A stretch of 64,000 nucleotides of DNA, from contig NC_068982.1 in assembly GCF_001194135.2 (NCBI RefSeq), positions 110,028,774 to 110,092,773 on the forward strand, written 5' to 3'. Of this stretch, positions 54,150-64,000 are shown piece by piece. The position numbers were made by a program, and so were the translations under genes. This DNA is from Octopus bimaculoides. Lineage: Eukaryota. Every line of letters starts with the position of its first letter. Position 1 is the first letter of the stretch. A model generated the notes under the pieces. It was not told the origin of the DNA. It did no database searches and saw nothing but the letters and a program-made list of their open reading frames with translations.

Positions 54150-54360
54150 AAGGCAGCGATCTGGCAGAATCGTTAGAACGTCGGACAAAATGCTTAGCGG
54201 TTTTTCGCCCGTCCTCACGTTCTGAGTTCAAATTCTGCCGAAGTCGACTTTGTCTTTCATCCTTCCGGGATCGATAAAATAAGCACCATTCGAGCACTGG
54301 AGTCGACATAATCGACTTACTTTCTCCTCGAAATTGCTGACCTTGTGCCAAAATTGATAT
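54150..54360 (+). mobile_element. SINE family C, head-to-head with the previous copy
   Basis: AAGGCAGCGATCTGGCAGAATCGTTAG..GAGTTCAAATTCTGCC..CCTTGTGCCAAAATTG. Confidence 0.88.
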
Positions 54361-56442
54361 TAATTATATACCGGTGCACACAATCATAAGCCCCAAGTTA
54401 ACGATAAACAGGAAGTAACCACAAGGTTACTTCTATTCGCTAGAATTACCTAACTAAATCGCCCTCAAATATGAATCTACTTCTTTGAAATGGACACATT
54501 GGATAATCTGTCCTAGATTCTCTGCACAAAGGGAAAAGATTAATTTGTCATACACAATGAGGACTGACTTAGACTAAACAACAAATACAACAGCTTTCTT
54601 ATTCTCTGCTTGCATCACTACCATCATCATCATCACCCCTAACATTTACTACATGAAGTAGAAAAGATACTTAGTAGCAGCACAACTATCACCAATACAA
54701 TTCACAAGAATTTTTAATTACCACAAGCAACGTTAACATAACCATCATCATTGTCATCATCATCATTATCACCACCACCACTACCAATAGAACCACCACA
54801 GTCATCATCATCATCATCGTCATCGTTGTCATTGCTGAGGATACCGTAGTCATAAGCATTATTATCGGTGTCTGTATGAATCTTCCCTCGATAACCCACT
54901 GAAGCTGGAGAGGCGACGGTGTCTTGAGAAGTGAAATTAAATTGCAACCTGCTTTTCGTTACATTCGAAATCTCTCAGTACGTAAAAGTGTTGTTTCCAA
55001 CAGGATTACGGTTTGCTGTGTTTTTCTCTCTGTCTCTTATAATTTTTTTTTTTTTTTAGAGCAATTTTTTATTGTAAATAAGGGACATTGCAATATCACC
55101 AAGGTAACCACCATGAGAACTCAAGTGGAGTGATTGGAATTAGAATAGCTTGTGGAAAAAAAAAGTAGAGGGGAAAAAGAGTGACAATGAAAGACAAAGA
55201 GGGTGTTTGAGAAAATTGAGTTGGTTAGAGTTATAATGTGTATGTATGTATGTATGTATGTATGTATGTATGTGTGTGTGTGTGGTGGGGGGTGTAATGT
55301 GGTGATGGAAATGAAACGATTAATAAAATGTACTCCTGCGAAAGTGTGATGGGTGGTTATTTGCATAAAGTCTACAGCAGCCTCACCCTCCCGTTTTGTG
55401 TATATATTAGCGTGTGAATATGTGTATGTCTGAGTGTGTGTATGCATGTACGAGTGCATAAGTGCGCATAGGTATATGCTTACTCGAAAAAATATATATA
55501 TATATATATATTTATATAGACATATATAGTATATATATATATATATGTATATGTATGTATATATATAATACAAAGAATATATATACATATATACACACAT
55601 ATATGTACATACTTACATCTACATGTGTATATATATGCATATCAGGGTACAGGACGTTAGAACAATGAACTACAGACAACGGAACGAACACATAGGAAAA
55701 CGGAAAGCCACTTGGAATATCCCTTCATCAGCTGTCTCTATTCTAACTAGACGTTTCGAAGATAAGACAGAACGTACTCTAGAATAGTCTCTTCCTGAGT
55801 AGTGGATCAACCCACTACACAGAGGATTCCAAGGTGGCAAACACAAACCAAGACAGGAAACATTGGACAGTGAAAACAACATTCAAAAGCCGTACGGCCN
55901 NNNNNNNNNNNNNNNNNNNNNNNNNNNNNNNNNNNNNNNNNNNNNNNNNNNNNNNNNNNNNNNNNNNNNNNNNNNNNNNNNNNNNNNNNNNNNNNNNNNN
56001 NNNNNNNNNNNNNNNNNNNNNNNNNNNNNNNNNNNNNNNNNNNNNNNNNNNNNNNNNNNNNNNNNNNNNNNNNNNNNNNNNNNNNNNNNNNNNNNNNNNN
56101 NNNNNNNNNNNNNNNNNNNNNNNNNNNNNNNNNNNNNNNNNNNNNNNNNNNNNNNNNNNNNNNNNNNNNNNNNNNNNNNNNNNNNNNNNNNNNNNNNNNN
56201 NNNNNNNNNNNNNNNNNNNNNNNNNNNNNNNNNNNNNNNNNNNNNNNNNNNNNNNNNNNNNNNNNNNNNNNNNNNNNNNNNNNNNNNNNNNNNNNNNNNN
56301 NNNNNNNNNNNNNNNNNNNNNNNNNNNNNNNNNNNNNNNNNNNNNNNNNNNNNNNNNNNNTATATATATATATATATGTATATGTATGTATATATATAAT
56401 ACAAAGAATATATATACATATATACATATGTATGTTTATATA

Positions 56443-57329
56443 TACGTGGTCTGATCAATAAGTATCCGGACTGTTGCGATAGTAACGGAGCTAAAGCATG
56501 CAGAGTAAAGCTGATGGACACTGATTGACCTTAAACTCTGTTGTGCATGTGCACTGAGTTTTAACGTTCTAGCTCACTTCCGCTGTTTACAGCAGTGCTT
56601 GGAAGGAAGTTGTGTAATGTATGATCGTCGCATTGACGATGACAGAGAAGGTTGCGCAGAGAATCTGCATCAAATCTTGCCAAAAGTTTGGCGATACTTG
56701 CTCAGAGGCCTACGCAAAATTTTTAAAAAGTTTTCATCGTTCTCTATACAATCAAGGAGATCTTATGCGACTGAAAACGGAGTGTCTTTTTGGTCGACCG
56801 AAAGCAGTCTTGACACAAACTTGATAGACATGCGTCACATAACCAAATCTTCAGTGATAATGGATTAAACTGAACCGTAACTAATCTACACATACTTTGC
56901 TAACTCACGGATGGTGATTCGACGATTTCCCCTCACAGCTGCACGCACATCTGCGATGTTTTTCTCAATTCTGGTGGTTGCGGATCTAACACAAAGTTCG
57001 TCAATATCGACATTTTTTGGCCATCTTGGAAACATCTGAACCACTCGTACACTTGTGTGCAGCTCATATACCCCTCTCCATACACTTTATGTAACTTCTG
57101 AGCAGGTATCACCATTACTATTTTCTCTGTCATGGTCAATGAGACGATAAAACGCTACACACCTTCCTTTCAAGCACTGCTGTAAACAGTGGAAGTGAGC
57201 TAGAACGTTAAAACTTAGTGCACATGCACAACAGAATTCAAGGTCAATCCTTGCCAATCAGCTTCACTCCGCGTGCCTTAGCTTCGTTACTATAGCAACA
57301 GTCCGGATACTTATTGATCAAACCTCGTG
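56443..57329. mobile_element. Palindromic mariner derivative made of two 5' ends joined tail-to-tail
   Basis: About 200-bp inverted arms starting TA-CGTGGTCTGATCAATAAGTATCCGGAC. Plus arm encodes MTEKVAQRICIKSCQKFGDTCSEAYAK. Minus arm encodes MTEK..KLHKVYGEGYMSCTQVYEWFRCFQDG..NRRITIRELA..ENDENFLK. Confidence 0.88.
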
Positions 57330-57385
57330 TATATGTATGTATATTTAAGAGAACCTTGCATATTGCATTCTTCATAAGCGTGTAA

Positions 57386-57448
<63 letters not shown>

Positions 57449-57458
57449 TTCATAAGCG

Positions 57459-57517
<59 letters not shown>

Positions 57518-58708
57518 TCATAAATATACATGCTAAAAATTACTTGTTCATACACAGTCACAAAAGCACACACGCTTACATGTATGCGTATATGTTTATA
57601 TATATATAAATGTACTACGTCTCTATGTATGAATATATGTATACTTCTGTGTATGCATATATGTTTGTGTGTGTATGCATCGGTCTGTATGTGTTCCTAT
57701 GTACATAAAATGAATACAAACTCACTGCTTGTCTTACGATATGTGCCACAAGGATTTGTCTTTCGTTTCTTGAGCAAAATTCAGTATTTCTAAGCGTAAC
57801 ACGAACGGCATGAACTATTTGTCAATGAAGTCACTATGCATAGGCAACACGGAAGTGAAATAACTGTTATAGATATCCTCTTATAGATATTCTATCGCAA
57901 TTTTTAGAAAATTGAACCAATATACTTAGGTCAACACATTTAACCCTATTTGTTGCTTGACAGTGATACCAGTCGATAATGTAACAAGTTGCTTTGGTTT
58001 GTTAGTAGTCTTGACTTGTAAAATATACCTAATATCCACAACTACGTTCTAAGGTGAGACAACAACGAAATCATTTTGACCGCTTGATGTATTAGACATA
58101 CCAACTAAGTCTCCAGCGCTTAAATTACACTGTGGCGTCTTAAAAATGGAAAAAGAAAGTACACTATGTAAAATATAATTCAAGATACTACATGTTTGCA
58201 AAAGGTTATGGAAATAATGCTTTTAGAGACGGGTTCCATCATGGATTACCTAGAGTTAAAGTTACTAAGTCCTTAGATTATTTGTTAGCGAGTTAGGCTT
58301 AAGGTGGAATTTAGTCAGTATAGTACACAGAAATTTTTTTAGAACAAAATTTCTATATTTCTACATACAAATAAGCATGGGATACAGTACAGGAGTACAA
58401 ACTAAAATATTCTTCTAAACACTATAAATGACTGGAATATACATGTGTATGTTAACAAACCTAATATTTATAACCAAAAATAGATACAATGGATTTAATT
58501 AACGTTTGAAGATCCAAAGCAGTGAGTCTCAACTGAAAAACAAAGTGGGGTAGAAATGGCAAAATATCAAAAACATTAATTTGCTTTGTCGAGACTCTAA
58601 AAACTCGTGCCTTTTTCTGGAAACACCTATGGAATTCAACTCAGTTTATAAGAGCAGATTCTTAGAATACACCTTAGACTTTGTGAGACAGTAATATTGA
58701 CAGTAACA

Positions 58709-58910
58709 TTTTGGCATGAGGCCAGTAATTTGGGGACAGGGATTAAGTTGATTACATCGTTCGAGTGCTCCACTAGTACTTATTTTACAAACCCTGAGAG
58801 GGTGAAAGGCAAAGTCGCCCTCGGCGGAATTTGAACTCAGAGCACAAAGACAGACAAAATACCGCTAAGCATTATACCCGACGTGTTAACGAATTTACCA
58901 GCTCGCCACC
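58709..58910 (-). mobile_element. SINE family C
   Basis: Full head-to-tail match. Confidence 0.85.
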
Positions 58911-59487
58911 CTATTTGTGTTGCAGTAACATTAATATACATATATTCCATATCATAAATAAGCAGTTATTAGCACAGTCACCTCACCGAATAACCTTGGA
59001 TTCGTTTAACATAAGCTAAACACAGTTACGGTTTGGTGGGTGGGGGTTCAAGATTAAGCTGTTTCAAATGATCCTACATTATAAGTACATAACATATTTA
59101 TACAAATATATATTTTTTAAAGACAATTTATTGTCTGTGCGCGGCGTTTCTGGATATCAACACCAAATACAAATTCATATTCATATCATTACAGTGGATT
59201 GATTTTATGTTATAGCAGTCATAGGCACACGTATGTATCACACACATACATCTCTTTGTGTGTGCGTATGTATGTGTGTGTTTGTGTGTGTGCTCTTATG
59301 TATGTTTTATTTACATATATAACTATACATACATAAACATATTCAGTCAAACAAAAGAACACATACAAATATTCGTACGCCAATACATGGACTATAGGCA
59401 CTTAAATAGACATATAGAAATACATGTGATTATATAAACACAAACAGATCTACACACACATATATACTCTTTAACAAGAATAATATT

Positions 59488-60081
59488 GAGAGTGACTTCG
59501 AGGTTTCAACCACCAAAGCCATCATCGGACTATGGTACAATTGAGTTCGTCTTGGGTTTATATAGTCTCTGTTAAGTTTTTAAAAAATTTGTTAGGTCAG
59601 GCTGAGTTATTATGAATGCTATGGGTAATTTTTATTGGTTTAGAGTTTGTGCTATTGTTAAAATTTATTCATGCTTGTAGAATTTTTGCATGTGTATGTT
59701 TAGGTGTGTCATCTCCAGGTCATAGGGATTCATAACAACTAAACCGAGTGACACATTTGCTGACCAAGAAACACCTTCAATCCAATTATATTCTCTTGTT
59801 AACTTCTGTGGCCTGAGATGACACACCTAAATATACACACTTAATTACGAAATTTTACAAGCCTGAATAAGTTTTAACAATAACACAACCCCAAATTTAA
59901 TCAATAAAAGTACTCCATAACACCTTGCAATCAAAACCTACCATACAATCTTATTATTCATCAGAACTCAGCTTAACCTAAGAATATTTTAACTTAACAG
60001 AGACTATATAAAGCCAAGATGATCTCAAATGTACTACTGTCCGATGATGGCTTACGTAGCCGAAACTTCGAAGTCACTGTC
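59488..60081. mobile_element. Penelope-like inverted terminal-repeat pair with hammerhead motifs at both outer ends
   Basis: About 59488-59720 is the reverse complement of about 59812-60081 (roughly 75-80% identity). Confidence 0.7.
60036..60080 (+). ncRNA. Type-I hammerhead motif, U4C core variant
   Basis: ACTGT-CCGATGA-T-GGCT-TACGT-AGCC-GAAA-CTTCGAAG-TC-ACTGT; 10-nt palindrome ACTTCGAAGT; GUC triplet ending at 60075. Confidence 0.65.
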
Positions 60082-60321
60082 GATTCAGTTCTAGTTAAAT
60101 AGTATATATATATACATGTACATGTACCTATAAACAAGCTTAAGTATTAAGTATGCACGCAAATATCAATTGCACTCATGTACAAGTATTTACATATTTA
60201 CTATACGTACTCATATATTCATACATACGACATACTTCAAATAAAAGTCAACGCTGAAGCAAATAATACGCTACTGCCTTCAAAAGGGTGGATACAATAC
60301 TGAATGAAATAGATAGATAGA

Positions 60322-60377
<56 letters not shown>

Positions 60378-63092
60378 CAATAGAGGTAACCCGCTCGGCT
60401 TGATCCTTCTTACAGCCTTTCTTTAACTTGTAGAATGATCCCCTGTAATGACATCGGAGTCTAATTTGAATCTTCTGAGCACTACTAAGTGTCTTCTATA
60501 GTGGTTACTATAAAAGAATACTAAGTGTTTTCTATAGTCGTTACTAAAAGCATTCTGTTATGTTTATTCGAACTTCGTTAGTGTTTTATACTGACATGAT
60601 ATAACATTTAGTACCAAAGTTTTCGTTGTACATGTTGGCCCTGTTTAGAGATACTACATTACTTCACTGTCGCTGGTAAATCAATTGTTGAATAGTTTTT
60701 ATATATTATGATCTAGAGATCTTGAATTTATCTTTTAGTCCTGCTCTATCTGTTTACTATCTTTTGGTCATTTTCTTTTCTTTATATTTGTCTATTACTA
60801 TCTGTCTTTCTCTCTCCCTCCCTCCCTCTCTTTCTCTCTCTTTCTACATCCCTCTCTCTTCCTCTCACTCTGATTCGATGTCTTTTTATTTCCTCTCTCT
60901 GTTGATGGGTTATTTAACTGAAGAGCAGGACTTTATTATGTGGAGCATTCACAAATTTCCACACTGTGCTATATAAGATTCTGTTAAAAGTGTGTGAGGT
61001 CTGTCCAAGCACCTTATATGGTTCGTTTTCTTACAGATTATTTGGGTTTATTAGACCAATCTTTTCTACATATATTTTAATAAAAATAGTAAGGTTAAGA
61101 TAAACTCGACGGATCTGTTTTCTCCTAAGAGTTTTATATTAAATCAACTTTTCAAAACCATAAGCTACTTCAGTAGTGGATTTAACACCTTTGAAGTGCT
61201 GTGGTATATGCGCCGTGTTGTGTGTCTGTCTATAAGTGTGCGTGTGGTGGAGTAGCCATAATGTTGATCGATTTTAACTTTTACGCGTCTATGGATGGCG
61301 TTTTGTATGTATTATATATAATTAATATGTGTATTATATAACATTAACCTCACAATCAAAACGATTTCCCTTTCTATGGGAAAGGGAAATAGTTTTGATG
61401 CTGAGGTTATTGTTAGATTCATATTGGGAGCAACAGTTAAATCTGAGGCTACTAACCTCTATTTTATTAGGCTTTCCCAACATAAAGTGATTGGCGACAT
61501 AACCAACGATATTTTTTCCTTGCTTGAATAGGTTTTGTTGTATTTGAAGATGTGGTTCTGTAGTGAGATCTAAGAAGCTGCATTGCGCAACCATATATCT
61601 CCAACTAGGTTTATTCAAAGGATTTTATTTAAAGAAGTCAGTTTTTCTTATGACAAAAGTGATAGCAGGGGAGCGATGGACAATTTCGATCGTGTAGGAC
61701 AAAATTATTCAGATTGCATTCAGAGAAGTAGCTGTCTTTATGAATTGGTGCTAGGAATGAATCGAGTTCATCAACAACGTCAACGTTGTTATAAACTCAG
61801 CTGCAATTTCACACATTAGTTCTGCGCAAGTTTAAAGGGCAATATAACAACAAGAAAGAGGAAGAAATACGACCTTCATCCTGTTTATAACATGAATATG
61901 ATGTAGTCGATTGTTCTTGGAATATCTGTTTCACTATGTCATGGATGTAATTATATAGTTGCCTATAAACATAGCTGCCTATAAACACACACACGCACAC
62001 ACACATACAAACACAGACACTCACACACACACTCACACACACACACTAATACACATACACGCGCACGCACGGATACACGCAAATACAAAACCACGTTTCT
62101 ATCTGGATCAGATATATATAATATTATGGGAGAGGGTATAAAAGACCAGGGAGGTTTAATGACCTGACTAGCAAGAAAATACAATTTTTCTACACTTTAG
62201 TCGACACACTCCCGGCTTGCTTAGCAGCCATGCACATTCATGTGCACTACTCACAGATGCAGCTGCAACCACATACATATGTGCAAGGTAGACACACATG
62301 CGCGCGCACACGCACACACATATATATACATACACACTTATAACTGCATGTGTTACTATAAAGCAGATAGAAAAATAAAACATTTATGAGACTTCTCATA
62401 TGCAGAGACATATTCCTGTATATATGCATATGTTAAACCTTAATACACAATATTAGTGCGTGACCATTACAGTGGATGCATTTAATTGTTAATATACATA
62501 TTTAGTTATCACTATCTTCCCATCTCTAACCTTATGTGACATACTATGCAGTCATGAATTCATGCATCTACGCATGACTGGGTATGCATGCAAATAAAAT
62601 ATTTACGTACATATTCTCATCTATTCACTTGAGGTAATTTTTTAATAAAATATCATAAATAATAAAGGAGATCCGTTATTGATGAAGTAGAGTTGAGATT
62701 AACCTAAAACGTGCCATTTGCTGACCTCGACATCGATGTTTATTAGTGGCAGTGGCTGAAAACTAATACTAAGGCGGTAGACTTTCTTAACAGATATCGT
62801 TGAGAAATTCGATACAATGTAACATGCCTTTCTACTCTGGGATTGTCATAGACGGTAGATTTCTTATTTTGTGCATATATGTATGGGTGTGTGGTAAAAG
62901 TAAAATCAAACCAAATAGTGATATTTTGAAATCATTTAATACGCGTGTTTCAGGTTTGAAATGTTTTAACTGGAGAAGGTCTTACGTAATGGCTACATTT
63001 CCTCATAATATATTATGTAGACTTGAAATGCAGGTATTAAATGATTTCGAAATATCATTATTTGGTTTGACTTTATAATTATAATTTACATC

Positions 63093-63260
63093 AAGGCGGA
63101 GAGCTAGCTGAATCGTTAGCGTGCTGGGCATAGTGCTTAGCGGCATTTCGTCCGTCTTTACGCTCTGAGTTCAAATTCCGCCGAGGTCGACTTTGCTTTT
63201 CATCCTTTAGGGGTCGATAAAATGAGTACCAGTCGAGCACTGAGATCGATGTAATCGACC
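63093..63260 (+). mobile_element. SINE family C (3'-truncated)
   Basis: AAGGCGGAGAGCTAGCTGAATCGTTAGCGTG..GAGTTCAAATTCCGCCGAGGTCGACTTTG. Confidence 0.88.
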
Positions 63261-63734
63261 AATTACATATGACATGTCTACACCGAAACTTTGGGATCAA
63301 TTCATGTTACAAACCTGTAACACCAACGTTTGTATATGGCGGACATCCATATATATAAAAGTGTTCTAGTGCTAACGATGACTTCGCTGACTTGGACAAG
63401 TGGATTGTATTGATGAATGCTCTATTGCAAAGGACCTCTGTGTGGTAAACTGAATGAAAACAACCTACATCAACCTAGTCACTTGAAAAGCAGTGGTGGG
63501 TGACACGGCTATATGGAAATAATAAGTTTCACAAGGAATAACCCTTCGTGGATTCTGGGCGATCAAAAGTAATAAAATTTCAAGTGCAACATTCACAGAT
63601 GTAGCAGATCTAAAACCGAGCCTGCTAGTCGAGGACTGGACTTCACAATCACTTCAGAATATGCTCTTCAGCATCATCATCATCATAAATATATATGTAT
63701 GCGCGTGTGTGTGTATATATACATATATACTCGT

Positions 63735-64000
63735 TTACTCTTTTACTTCTTTCAAACATTTGACTGTGGCAATTCTGGAGCACCGCCTTTAGTCGAGCAA
63801 ATCGACCCCAGGGTTTATTCTTTGTAAGCCTAGTACTTATTCTATCGGCCTCTTTTGTCGAACCGCTAAGTCACGGGGAAGTATACACACCAGCATCGAT
63901 TGTCAAGCCATGTTGTGGGGACAAACACAGACACACAAACATATACACACATACACAAATATATATGCATATATGTATGTGTGTATATATATATATATAT
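63735..64000 (-). mobile_element. SINE family D tail plus internal microsatellite, running off the window
   Basis: TTACTCTTTTACTTCTTTCAAACATTTGACTGTGGC..GGAGCACCGCCTTTAGTCGAGCAAATCGACCCCAGG..GAACCGCTAAG. Confidence 0.75.

Noticed and set aside
55715-55770. Minus-strand GAAACGTC followed by CTGATGA (circularly permuted hammerhead?)
   Set aside because: Helix I does not pair at the junction and helix II is weak; both core halves are present but the fold is unsupported.
55530-56425. ~65-bp block duplicated on both sides of the 55900-56360 gap
   Set aside because: Low-complexity and gap-adjacent; an allelic or assembly duplication cannot be excluded, so it is not called as a TSD.

Overview
AT-rich, repeat-dense eukaryotic DNA with 14 N-gaps and no supportable host protein-coding gene. 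Almost all six-frame ORFs are translations of microsatellites or run through gaps. The SINE families, extreme microsatellite load and gap pattern suggest an octopus short-read scaffold (inference, not verified). Contents: (1) at least four tRNA-headed SINE families; (2) four mariner remnants, including two near full-length copies with TIRs and one 5'-5' palindromic derivative; (3) four fragments of restriction-like-endonuclease (R2/R4-type) non-LTR retrotransposons, two of them in tandem inside a (CATA)n tract; (4) a 1.75 kb degenerate 20-bp minisatellite; (5) several near-perfect hairpins. The main unexplained signal is a set of type-I hammerhead ribozyme motifs. Four have an intact core (0.7, 8.4, 14.1, 18.8 kb), two are U4C variants (59.5, 60.0 kb) and two are decayed (22.1, 28.0 kb). 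Most carry a different self-complementary helix III, and two loci sit in long inverted repeats, the architecture known for Penelope-like element termini. All alignments were done by eye, and ends of degenerate repeats are approximate.
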